A stretch of DNA of 63,279 bases, counting the filler, from Lenisia limosa (Eukaryota; Protista; Breviatea): the NCBI GenBank assembly GCA_001655205.1. It is 13 parts of 13 records of this genome, joined end to end, with 100 filler letters (N's around TTAATTAATTAA, not from the genome) between each part and the next. Parts side by side here need not be neighbours in the genome. Positions count along the whole stretch, not along the records: positions 12,004 to 13,877 come from LPNZ01009884.1; positions 13,978 to 20,581 come from LPNZ01009150.1; positions 20,682 to 44,992 come from LPNZ01005658.1; 10 more parts are not named here. One strand, 5' to 3'. This document shows, piece by piece, positions 12,508 to 23,789 of this stretch. A model generated the notes under the pieces. The model searched no databases and was not told the DNA's origin. It saw only the letters and a list, made by a program, of their open reading frames with translations. The position numbers and the translations under genes were made by a program. Position 1 is the first letter of the stretch; each line of letters begins with the position of its first letter.

Positions 12508-13299
12508 TCATGACGAACGATGTGTATACACATCCTGAAGGAGGATTTAGAGATGTAGATAGAGATGTATATAGTGATGTAGATCGAGATGTAGATGGAG
12601 ATGTAGTTAGAGATGTAGTTAGAGATGTAGATAGAGTGTAGATATTAGTTGGGATGGGTACATTCTAAAAGTACATTACAATTACACATAGGAGTTAAAC
12701 GAGAGGAAGCCCTTTTCTGAGCTCGCTGTCATTCTAATAAGTCCACCACTTGATCCATCTCGACGAATAGCCTCCTTCAGCGCACCTTGCACGCATGCAA
12801 AGGCTTCCTATGAGGATAAGTGAGGAAAACTTCTGATTATATGGTAGTGACGAAAACTTATATATTTAGAAAATGAGTCTTGATGGAGTAAAAATATCTG
12901 TTTGATCTTGCTGAAGTCAAGAATTGATAGTTGATTCATTGAGGAAGAGTAGTAGATTTATATTTTATGCCTGTGTTGTTTTAAAAGCAATTTTATTGGA
13001 AATACAGGACAAATTTTGACAACAAAATATCATTACATAATGGAGTATGAGGGGTAAGCCAAATAATACATCAGGGCACAAATGACGGCGCAATGGGGTA
13101 TGAGGATGCGCTTGCGCTTTATCATAAACCTGAGATATGTGACATGTTCCGTTGTGGAAGCCATTTCAAGAACATATATAACCTAATTTCAGTCTATTTT
13201 ACGTGAGCATTACTACAACACGCTCCATTGGGTTAGGCACTCCCCTCTCTACCTTCAGATCCATATCGGGTTTGTAATTTGCGTCGAGATAACTCACCT
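12508..13299 (-). CDS. PSMB6: 20S proteasome beta-1 subunit (PSMB6/Pre3-like), 3' exons
   Basis: Exon ~13255-13299 VSYLDANYKPDMDLK joined to exon ~12712-12809 EAFACVQGALKEAIRRDGSSGGLIRM; RDGSSGG.IR is the beta-1 signature. Last exon and stop are uncertain. Confidence 0.78.
12545..12650. repeat. Intronic degenerate 12-bp minisatellite (GAGATGTAGATA)n
   Basis: About 7-8 imperfect units, e.g. gagatgtagatagagatgtatatagtgatgtagatcgagatgtagatggagatgtagttagagatgtag. Confidence 0.75.
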
Positions 13300-13977
13300 G
13301 CGGTTGTTACTAAGGGACTGGGGGACTAGGGGTAGACATAATGTTTGAAGAGTGAAAAATGATGGAAATAATTCCCTACAGTCCTTAAAAAATGACTGAT
13401 TATCTCCAGATTCTCGATTAATAATCATCATCACCACGGCATGTAAAGGACTGTAGGGAAGCCCATCTGATAATGCACCGTAATTTCCAACTTTGATGCG
13501 ACAAAANNNNNNNNNNNNNNNNNNNNNNNNNNNNNNNNNNNNNNNNNNNNNNNNNNNNNNNNNNNNNNNNNNNNNNNNNNNNNNNNNNNNNNNNNNNNNN
13601 NNNNNNNNNNNNNNNNNNNNNNNNNNNNNNNNNNNNNNNNNNNNNNNNNNNNNNNNNNNNNNNNNNNNNNNNNNNNNNNNNNNNNNNNNNNNNNNNNNNN
13701 NNNNNNNNNNNNNNNAGGGCTTCACTTCGTCGGTTCGAAAAATACTGGTGAAGTATCGATAGTTTTCGAGGATTTATCGAGAAATTCAGTCTTCCCTAGC
13801 TAGACCGCTCCCTGTTACTAAACACACCTCCCTCCCCGCACTATAGTTACCTCCACCAGTTGTACCCCCCCCCCCCCNNNNNNNNNNNNNNNNNNNNNNN
13901 NNNNNNNNNNNNNNNNNNNNNTTAATTAATTAANNNNNNNNNNNNNNNNNNNNNNNNNNNNNNNNNNNNNNNNNNNN

Positions 13978-16900
13978 CGGGGCCCGTGGATTCTGACATC
14001 CATTTAGCCGAGCTGTCCACGGCGGTACTTATACTCTCCAGAGCTCGTGAGATGAGGTTGCCTTTTTCTTTTTCCAGCGTTACTCCAGTCTGAGAGGTGA
14101 AACTAGGGCTTCACCTTGGTACCACGAAAAAACCGAATTTCTCAGAAAATCTTCGAAAACTCCCGATATTGTTGCGGTCTCCGTGTAAAACTTATACGGA
14201 GTCACAACGCCAAGTGGCGAGAGTATGGTAATTGGTTAGGGTAGTCGTCAAATATATATACTATATATAGCTATATACTATATATATATTATAAGTTTTC
14301 GACGACCACCCTTAATGGGTATCCCTTTTTATTTATTCGCTTCCAAAGATTATTAATGTGCATTCAACACACATTTGTACTTTACGCATATCGATATGCC
14401 GAGACTCCCATTACGTGAGAATTATGAAGTTTATGTACTCCAAAAGCCCTACCTCCATTGCAGCTATTTTTCCATTGGGTAGAGTCACTCGCACCGCAAC
14501 CTTAAAAAGTAAATGTCATATAATACTGTTATTTCAGACATTACTACGTCATAACATGGAAATATGATTAATATATCATATGTATTGGACGGTGGCCCGT
14601 GGATATCACCAAGGTTACCATGATTACTGAATAAACTGATTTGAATCCCAGGTATATTTTGCAACTATAAACCACCTAACCAGAATATCGCTGTCATCTG
14701 GTGTCACCTCAGCATCCTTCATACTCACGGTCGTCTGCGAAGTGAGGAGGGAGTAAAAATTGAGAACTATAATAATATCATATGTATGGCGCCGAGTTTT
14801 TTTTTTTAAAAAAATTCCTATTATTCTGAAGATAAATATCACACTACATTTATATATGCATATAGTAGCTATGTTGGAATAGCATAAGCAGGATTACCAA
14901 GACCACTAAAATATGGGTTTCTTTGAAGTAATTCGCCTAACATATGATATAATATATGCTGGAGAGGCACGCAAAAAGTTGTGTGCACAGAGTTGTAAGG
15001 TAAATAATTGGGTGAAAATATTATACTATAATCCAATATACATAAGCTTGATGGTGTGGACGGCTTCGGCCAGATATATCTTTATTTTCTCATCTGTGAC
15101 GTGAAAGTCTTTACTATTTTCATTAGGTCAAGACTTATCCCGGTCACTTTATATCATATTAAACAAAGGGAAAAATCAACTCTGCTGCTTAGCAGTGAGG
15201 AAGGGGGATAATGTTAATTATGTACATATGTGGTGGGAAATGTTATTTGGCCAGAAGTCAAGCGACTACTGTTCAAAGAGAAAATTCGTGCTGATGTAAA
15301 CGGCTTTTACCAGAAACTCACATTATTATACCAGTTTACATAGTACATACATGTACATATCTCAATATGACCGATATGCTCTATGGTTTCCCAGGGGATA
15401 TAAAGACTTACCACAGTCACTGTATACTAATAGAGCATATTTAGGATTTAACTTCGGTTCAAAAAAATACAGTTAATATAGATGGCTTTTTAGAATTTTC
15501 ATCGCGAATTTCCGTTCAAACTAAAGGGAAGCCTTAATCATAACACGATATGAGAGACAGACACCCACGCAAGTCAAAGACGTCTCCGAGGTTATGACCA
15601 CGGATTTGCATGTGGTTCCAGCGACTGTCACAGTACTTCCTTCTGTGAATCTATGGGGGAAATTATCACGAGAAAAAACTGACTTTATATTTCACGCTGA
15701 CGAGAGGGTTTTGGAAAAGTCAACATTACATCCTCTTGCTACACCCATATATACTACTATATTTATATATAATATATACATATACAAGATATGATATGAT
15801 TTGCTATAATATTTACTAGTTGTATGATTCACAACCCCCCACCCCGTCCCGGTGAGCGTTAGAGACGTGCCACCCTCCAGAGGAACTGAAGTCGGCTCCA
15901 CACTCGTCAGGTCTGGCCACCCCTCCTCAATCTCAACTGCAGCGGTTTATATAATATATAAATATTCAATATTATATTTAACAGTAATACATTATGATGT
16001 ATGCAAAAAAAAGAGATTGTGTTTCCTAAAATGATTTCTGTAGCACAATAATGATGTTGTTAATATCAAGACAAAATGAGAACTGGGGATGCAATAACAC
16101 AACCACAAACGGGAATGGCAGATTAGATCAATTTGTTCTTGAGAGGGGCACAGTAGAGAGCCTGGAGCAATGTGAAAAATGAGACAACAGTAGCGATGCG
16201 CCCCNNNNNNNNNNNNNNNNNNNNNNNNNNNNNNNNNNNNNNNNNNNNNNNNNNNNNNNNNNNNNNNNNNNNNNNNNNNNNNNNNNNNNNNNNNNNNNNN
16301 NNNNNNNNNNNNNNNNNNNNNNNNNNNNNNNNNNNNNNNNNNNNNNNNTTTTCACCCCCACCCCGCACCGCTAATGCCGTAAACCAGCTGTTCTGAGTCA
16401 GCGGGGCACTTGAACGCAGTGTTGCCGATAAGAACCCTCATTTGAGTTGCAGACGTACAGACCGTTCTTGGGGGTGAAAATAGATATTGAAGTTTAGGGG
16501 TATTTCATAGTGTACATGTGTATATGTACATATAATATAGTATATATAGATATGCATATGATATTACAAGTGTATAATATTGCAAATAAAATAAGGTTGT
16601 ATCTCAACACCTCCCATTATTACCCCCCCCCCCCCNNNNNNNNNNNNNNNNNNNNNNNNNNNNNNNNNNNNNNNNNNNNNNNNNNNNNNNNNNNNNNNNN
16701 NNNNNNNNNNNNNNNNNNNNNNNNNNNNNNNNNNNNNNNNNNNAACGGCTTGTGGCAGTGAAGGATTCTAAGTAGTCATTTGTGGTGAAGTAGAAAGGGG
16801 AAGTTTGTGAAATTATTAAAAAAAAAAGCCCAAAATTAACTATGTTGCCTAGAAACACAAGAGGGTTAAAATAACGTGAATTGTGGGGAGTGAAATTGAA

Positions 16901-19900
16901 AAAGAGGTGTGAATATATTCCAAGTAGGGAATTGTTGTGGGTAGTAACTAGGGCTTCCATACGGTCCAAAAAAAATCGGTCAAATATTGATATTTAGCGA
17001 GGATTTATCCAGAGATCAGTCTTTTTTAGGACTGTAGGGAAGCCCTGGTATTAACAATGACAGGAAATAACGGGGTATCAATTGTAAAATTGGTATGGTG
17101 TGTGATATGGTATCGAAATGTGTTATTCTGTATCCCAGATATATGGATGTATATTATTGCTCTCAAGAAATTAAGAATTAACACAATTAAAATTCCCTCG
17201 TAGCAAAGAAATTGAGAATTTACCCAAGGTTCTGGAAACTCCCTCTCACCGTGGAAGGCGTTGTCCTCGACAAGGAGATTATCAGGGTGGGAACAGTCCC
17301 CTGCGGTTATGATTATAAATAGAGATGGGAAATGAACCTCTCGATATTTCTCGTGATTTGCCTTTTTTGAGACAGCAAAAGTCAAGGTTGTATTTGGCCG
17401 AAGCTGTCCATCCCGGCACGCTGTTAAGAGATATATTGGACTATATGTAGACAATACTGTTTCCCCCAATCATACGTACCATTACTATAGGCAATTGTCA
17501 GGGGACAATAGTCATAGATCTCATAACCGCCTTGCTAAACTGGGTGAATATCGGAACGTTTTATCAAGGGCTCCGTGTAAATATTAATAGATAAATGTGA
17601 CAATAAGAAAATGGAGTTCTCATCAAACGATGTCGCGTCAAATCATGTAACTAATTTCAAAATGAATTCACGGAGTCTACCTTATTCATGGATATAGGCA
17701 GTCAAAAATGTGAGGGTGGAAGTCTTGACAAATTTTATCAGTTTTTCTTACAGAAAAATCGGACAAGACTACCACAGCCTGTGTGTTATATGAGAATGTT
17801 AATAGGAAGTGGTATAATCCGTGTAACGTTTCGTACATTGGGGTTGTCGAAATACTGATACTCTGTCGGTAAGGCGGAGGAATAAGCTGCGAAGCTACAC
17901 ACTCCTTTAGCAAGTCTGTTAGCTGTACATCCAGATACCTGGGAGGGGGGGTGAAAAGAAGCCCAAAATCAACTCTGTTGGCTGGAAATACAACATCATT
18001 ATTGGTTTATTTGGATCAAAGTGAAGCGAGCTCTTATTCAACCACCAACTTGATTGGAGGTACAGAAGAGCCCGTCTTTTTGCCAGGCACTTGAGTCCTT
18101 ACAGTTGTCTTCGGCAAAACTGGCAATATGAGAAATGGGAAATACAAATACTATTTTCGTAGATTTAACCAGAGAGTTAATTATCACATATAACATGTTG
18201 AGACTAATCCCANNNNNNNNNNNNNNNNNNNNNNNNNNNNNNNNNNNNNNNNNNNNNNNNNNNNNNNNNNNNNNNNNACCGACTTCGAAAAATCACGAAA
18301 GCATCATTTCAACACGAAATGATGCTATAGTGATTTTTCAAAGTTCAAACTTTAATTCGGTCACCACCCAACCCTGATCACCCCCATACCTGCAGCCAGC
18401 CTTGTAGCCGAATAGCAAGGGGTCCGCTTTAGTGAAGTCTACTTCATACCATCCGGAGTCTACAATGTTGGTTGGTTTCACACTTAATTCAGCACAAAGC
18501 AGGTTATAATTAAACCTGGCTCGGTCGAAGGATAAAAAGAACGCGATTAGTTAAAATCACAGTATTTATTATTGACATAAAATAACAACTCTGTGGATAC
18601 AGCTTTCTACAACATCATGCAGAAAATTTATGAAAATGCACATTTGTACTGTGGACTGAAAAATAAATGATACTATAGTATCATATTGTAAAACAGTTGA
18701 GTAAAAATATGAAATATAAGTTCAAACTATGACGAAATTCCAGGGGCTCCATCATATCATCCCTCCGTACCTTGCATAAGTGCAAGAGTCAAACCAGACA
18801 CGGTCGGAATCAATGAAGACGTCCCCGTCATAAACTCATTGTCATATACCCGCTTTTCCCAGTGAGAAAGGGCCGTGCCAGATCCTCCGCCTCCTTCAAG
18901 TTCTGCCTTGGGGTGTAAAAACGATCATTTGCCCTTCATCTCTTTTCAAACACGAAAATATCTCCATTCTAACTTTTCTTAATGATACCAACATGTATTT
19001 ATTTGTTTCCCTAGTTTATAATGTATATAGCATGTTCTTGTTCTAAACATAAGAGTTGAAGGATTGTTCTACTGCTCCAAAACTATGAATGACTTTTATT
19101 TTTCTATCAACACCGCCTCCAACCCCCTTAAGTATCTCGCAGCCAAAATGGCCTCGAACAAACTCCAGCACTGTTGGCGTGATAATCATGGCCACGGTGT
19201 GGCTGAGAGTGCCGGTGCCACCAACCTGGGGAGTAAACTGGAAAATTTAATTACAAATAAAGCTCACAACCCTGTTCGCTCACAACAAAAAAGGGTTGAA
19301 AACAGCAAAACAAACAACCTGGGAGTGAATCCGTCAAAATACTATTTTCACGGATTTACTCCCAGGGAAACCGAAAACCCCCAACATCCTCTTTTATGTT
19401 GCTCATTTCTAATGGGGTCAAACATTGGTAAACCACCCACAGTAACAGTTTAGGGCTTCACTTCGGTTCGAAAAAAGACTGAATTTCTCGATAAATCCTC
19501 AAAAACTATCGATTTTTTCGGTTCTTTGTCGAACCGAAGTGAAGCCCTAAATCATCCCAGAGTAACAGTTTCCACTCCCACAGTGACAGTTTCATCTATG
19601 ACCTCCGCCCGTGGAATGGCCGATCCGACTGAGTCCACAAACTGATCAAATGCGTTGGCTAAGAGAGAGAGAATAAAACGAAGGAAATATTGAAGAAGAA
19701 TATTTGCATAAAGGAATCACGAACCGAATAATCTGAAACTCCACAAAAAACTAACACAAAAAACCAGTTCAAAAGGGGACGTTATATAAAAAAACAATGA
19801 TCTGAAAACATCAAGCGTGTGTAAATTGTCATACTCACCAGAGAAGCTAAACATTTGAAATGGACCCCCCTCCTCAAAAAATAGTTGATTTCAAATTTAT

Positions 19901-20365
19901 CTTTTCCCTATCCTCACCAGAGAAGCCAAAAACGTGGAAAAGCTCATGGGTCGTCACCCCCAAATGCGAGTTGAATTTGACGTGACTTGTTCCTTCCTCA
20001 TTGGTCGCGATGTCTACTAAGGTGCTGGGGCCTGGGGAGTAAATATGGACAACTTGATGAAACAAAAAAGCCCAAAATCAACTCTGTTGGCTGACAACAC
20101 ACGAGGGTTGATAGCAACAAAACAACCAAAGCCAAGGAGAGTAAAAATGGTCAACTTGATCACCCACCCCCCTCCCCGAATAAACTCAAGTGGCTAAACA
20201 TTTGCGAAACACACAAGTGTTGAAAAAAAATAACAAAAAAAAAACTCTAATCATCCGTCCTGAAGGAAGGATTTCAGCTATTTACACTACCCTGTTCATA
20301 AAAATTTGATCTAGTAAAAACCATAACATACCAAAGTTGATATAACCGGCAATAGGTCGCCCATT
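13978..20365 (-). CDS. Leishmanolysin/invadolysin (peptidase M8, GP63-like) followed by an IPT/TIG domain; partial at both ends, more than 14 exons
   Basis: Exons give GRPIAGYINF (20332-20365), VTTHELFHVFGFS (HExxH, ~19918-20031), ITPTVLEFVRGHFGCEILKG, AELEGGGGSGTALSHWEKRVYDNEFMTG...TLALMQDSGWY, GCTANRLAKGVC...LPTEYQYF, GSLLCP..., then PDLTSVEPTSVPLEGGTSLTLTGTGFTEGSTVTVAGTTCKSVVITSETSLTC (IPT/TIG). Confidence 0.9.
14236..14315. mobile_element. Small inverted-repeat element (family F) with a TA-rich spacer
   Basis: AGGGTAGTCGTCAAA...TTTCGACGACCACCCT inverted arms around (TA)n; a GACGACCACC arm fragment also occurs at ~20686. Confidence 0.5.
14965..15090 (+). repeat. Dispersed repeat family C (copies or fragments also at ~20500-20581, 31139-31175, 41420-41490, 53109-53165 on +; 47043-47080 and 48915-49005 on -)
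   Basis: Shared GTGTGCACAGAGTTGTAAGG...TATAATCCAATAT...GTGATGGTGTGGAYRGYTTCGGCCAGATACAACCTT; no terminal inverted repeats seen. Confidence 0.8.
16949..17046. mobile_element. MITE-like family A, subfamily A2 (also ~13372-13464 and 42045-42138)
   Basis: Arms AGGGCTTCCATACGGTCC / GGACTGTAGGGAAGCCCT with the same internal GAGGATTTATC.AGA.ATCAGTCTTTTT core as A1. Confidence 0.75.
19451..19549. mobile_element. MITE-like family A, subfamily A1, ~100 bp (also 13716-13798, ~14104-14190, ~45614-45690, 53705-53803, ~54859-54944, 58888-58962, ~61438-61504, 61748-61845)
   Basis: Near-perfect terminal inverted repeats TAGGGCTTCACTTCGGTTCG / CGAACCGAAGTGAAGCCCTA with a conserved internal GAATTTCTCGATAAATCCTCGAAAACTATCGAT; copies in both orientations. 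Confidence 0.85.
20031..20140 (-). mobile_element. Repeat family B copy forming the 3' end of an intron in the M8 protease gene (others in this gene at ~16800-16870, 17939-17985, 19226-19315)
   Basis: Minus strand reads ...ATCAACCCTCGTGTGTTGTCAGCCAACAGAGTTGATTTTGGGCTTTTTTGTTTCATCAAGTTGTCCATATTTACTCCCCAG|exon. Confidence 0.85.
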
Positions 20366-21518
20366 CTGAAAAAAGTAAAGGTTGTCATAAATGACAGCAA
20401 CTAGTTATGACATAACCGATCTTGAGCTTTATTTTTAGTCAATTGTTTCTGGCGGTCACTATATCTCAGATAGTATAATACATACATACTACATGTGTGT
20501 AAATTAATATTATACTATTAGTATAATATCTCTTATAATCGTGATGGTGTGGACAGTTCGGCCAGATACATCCTTATTTATNNNNNNNNNNNNNNNNNNN
20601 NNNNNNNNNNNNNNNNNNNNNNNNNTTAATTAATTAANNNNNNNNNNNNNNNNNNNNNNNNNNNNNNNNNNNNNNNNNNNNTGAGGACGACCACCTTATC
20701 CTATGCTGAAGCTATTTGCTTACATTACTGTACTTGTGCTTGTGGTGCTAATCAGTTTAATAAAATGGCAGTAGAGAAGAGGCTAAAACTTGGAAAGGAA
20801 ATTAGGAGTTTTTGATATTATAGAGTCTTTTATCTTTTGGAGTTGAAAGTTGAACAAAAATGTTGTCTTCTTATCGATATGGCTGATGAGCTAAGTTTAT
20901 GTATGTAACACAACCCAAATATCTCCGCCCTAGCCCCTGTGAGTGGAGGACGGATAAAAAAAGATGACTACTGGAAAATCGAACCCTCGACCAAACGTCA
21001 ACAACTTTCATGGACTTAATCTGGTGTAATATATGATATTATTTGTTTTAAAACCTATAATTATCAGCTGTTGGTCTTATTTTCGGCTGCAGTTTTCATT
21101 TTGGGTTACTCCTGATTCTGATTGCTTATGTGTCAAGGTTCTTTTGGGCGGTAAATAAACTATTTCAACCCGAGGTCAATTGCCTTTTTTTTTTGTTTTT
21201 ATTTCTTACACTGTTATTTAGCACGGCACTTCACAATCATTCAGTAAAAGCGTCGGAGTTGGAGGAATGTTCACAAAGGCCTCCATGGATTCATCAAAAC
21301 CCTAGTTTCACTGTTCACTCTTTTGTTTTTCGTCAATTTTCTTCTCTGAGTGCAAGCTTCTGTTTGTCAATTATTCAGAAAAATGGACCAACATTGAGTT
21401 GCAATCAATCAAAGCTTTGCACGAAAGGCAGCACAACTAATGAGAGTGAAACATTACATCTTCACAAATAAAAACAGGAAACATTAAATAACCAAGAAAC
21501 AGGGGAAACAAAACTCGT

Positions 21519-22496
21519 TTACTTCATGCCAAAACGAAGAGCAACCTTCTTCCAGTCGACAACAGCCCAGAAGTCCTTGAGGTACTTAGGGCGAGCGTTT
21601 TGGTGAACAAGATAGTAGGCGTGCCTGGAGAAAGTAAGATATAATTTAGTTAAAAAATATAAAAGAATAACGCCCGCATACTCCCAAACGTCAACGGTGA
21701 GCAGAGGGTGACCTTGAGTGAAGGGAACAGCAGCATTAGACTGCTGGACAATATCCATGGAGCCGTCATCCTTTTCTAAGATAATAACAGAATTGACACA
21801 GATTCAATCATACCAATGAGAGTAGTCCAGCCAGAGCCGAAAGTAGTAGCAGCCTTCTTCTCGAAAGCAGCCTTGAATTCTTCGATGGACCCAAAGTTCT
21901 TTTCAATGGCAAGCTTGAGCTCACCATCAAGGGAGGAACCACCAGGGCACATGTTTTCCCAGTACAGAGTATGGTTGTAGACTTGAGCGGCGTTGTTGAA
22001 GAGTCCCTTCTTCTCAACGACACCCTCAGTTTGGATGATGATATCAACAAGATGCTTTCCCTTCAAGGGAGATGCTGGAAGAGTGAAACGAAGAAGGTGA
22101 AAATAAAACGAAGCCATCATTGAATGAAGATCCTTAAACATCACCACTGCTTACATTCGAGAAGATTGTTGAGGTTCTATACAAGTTAAAATGAATGAGA
22201 AGTGGTTTCCAAAAAAAGACAATTTTAGCAAAAACTAAACATTGAATTAAGCTTACGTTGCAGTATGCTTGATGGTGCTTTCCATAGTGGAACTCAAGAG
22301 TGCGAGTATCAATACAAGGAAGAAGTCCGGCATTGATATCAAAAGGAAGGGCGGGAACTGAAATATGTCAAAAGAGTAATGGTTTCGTTTTGCATTCTAC
22401 AAACATACCTGAGTGCTTTTCCGGACCAGCACCGTAGGAAGCCTTGCCAGCGCGGATGGCCTCAACCTCTTCCATTTTCATGCGATGATCAACCAT
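21519..22496 (-). CDS. Iron superoxide dismutase (Fe-SOD)
   Basis: Spliced product [10 protein letters not shown]...[15 protein letters not shown]...[19 protein letters not shown]...TTFGSGWT...[44 protein letters not shown]. Metal ligands H, H, D, H are present; FNNAAQ..NH and FGSGW are Fe-type signatures. Confidence 0.93.
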
Positions 22497-23038
22497 TATA
22501 ATCTATATATCTAAGAAACCTTCAAGAATGAACTTTTTTTAAAAAAATTCGGCTTAAATAGGGGAAATACCGAATCGTCATGTTTAAAAACCGAAATGAA
22601 AATGAACACTTTATTTATAGAGAAGATGAAGAAGTATCTTTGTTTTGATACTACTTATAATTATATTAATAATAAATTTATAAGATTGTATCAAGAATTA
22701 AGGCATACTGCCAAACTGCTTAGTAATCATCTTGTATTAAGCGCTTTTTGACAGCAAATCTCAGGTTACTAAATAATATAATATTTAATAGATTTGATCA
22801 GCCACTGAATTAAGCACACTTACATCTTTTATATGAGATTTTTAACATTCTTTGTTGGATCAATTTTATTTCGTAATAGTTTGTGAACTGAACTGAACTG
22901 GACTGTTGTTTTTTATTCAATTTTCTTTCGTTTATAAGACCTTTTAGTATCTGTTGTACTTAGGTTAGTTATCTTGTTATTCTGCTGCTTGTTTTAGATT
23001 CAGCTTTTTGAGTACTCACCTTTTAGTCCTAAAGCACT

Positions 23039-23508
23039 ATGACTCAGAAACGCCGTAACTTTGGTCGCAACAAGAAGGGACGTGGTCACGTCAAGTTTGT
23101 GCGTTGCACTAACTGCAGCCGTGCCTGCCCTAAGGTTTGAAGACAACTCCAACTTTCCTTAAGGAATGGCACTTTTGAATACGCTCACCCCTTTTAGGAC
23201 AAGGCTGTTAAGCGCTTCGTCGTCCGCAACATGGTCGATTTCGCCGCTATGGCTGATGTTAAGGCTTGCTCCGTTTATGAGAGTATGCAATTTAGCGAAC
23301 AAAAGGGCAATTATAACATTCTTAGCTTACGAAATTCCCAAGCTCTACGTCAAGCTCCACTACTGCATTTCTTGCGCTGTCCATGCTCACATTGTTCGTG
23401 TCCGTTCATCAGAGAACCGCAAGATCCGTGCTCCCCCCACCCGTCGTCGTGTAAGCTTTCATTCCTCTTGTGGTTTGATATCTCATTGTTCAGGCTGCCC
23501 AGAAGTAG
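23039..23508 (+). CDS. RPS26: 40S ribosomal protein S26 (eS26), 4 exons
   Basis: [32 protein letters not shown]|[28 protein letters not shown]|...[38 protein letters not shown]|AAQK*. Confidence 0.97.
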
Positions 23509-23789
23509 ACGCATCTCGTGAGGCTAAGTCACTTGTTTTTCAAGATATATTTTCTCTTGGAGCTGGTTTGGCATCGTTTTTATCATAACCATGGCCTGAG
23601 CTAGTTTTTGACTTTATTGCATGTGTATCTAATCTTAGGTGGGGTTTTTCTTTGGGCTGAAGGCTGAATTAATGACTTACAACGGCCTGTTAAGTACCTC
23701 CATCTCCCTTTCGTTACTCTTGTCACAGACTATTCTTAATTATTTTCCCTAAGTATTGAACACAATGTGTATCCCACAAAATAAACTAG

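Noticed and set aside
12545-12650. Regular short repeats that might suggest a CRISPR array
   Set aside because: Eukaryotic intron; contiguous 12-bp units with no unique spacers, and no cas genes.
19462-19475. GGTTCGAA resembling a tRNA T-loop/B-box (also GGTCGAGGGTTCGATT on the minus strand at ~20975-20995)
   Set aside because: The first is part of the family A TIR; neither site has a pairing T-stem, acceptor stem or anticodon arm. No tRNA is supported.
20879-21020. Possible 35-aa two-exon microprotein (MADELSL|SPVSGGRIKKDDYWKIEPSTKRQQLSWT)
   Set aside because: No homology recognised and too short to support from sequence alone.
23135-23490. Possible snoRNA in RPS26 introns
   Set aside because: The introns are only ~40-65 nt and show no C/D or H/ACA box arrangement.
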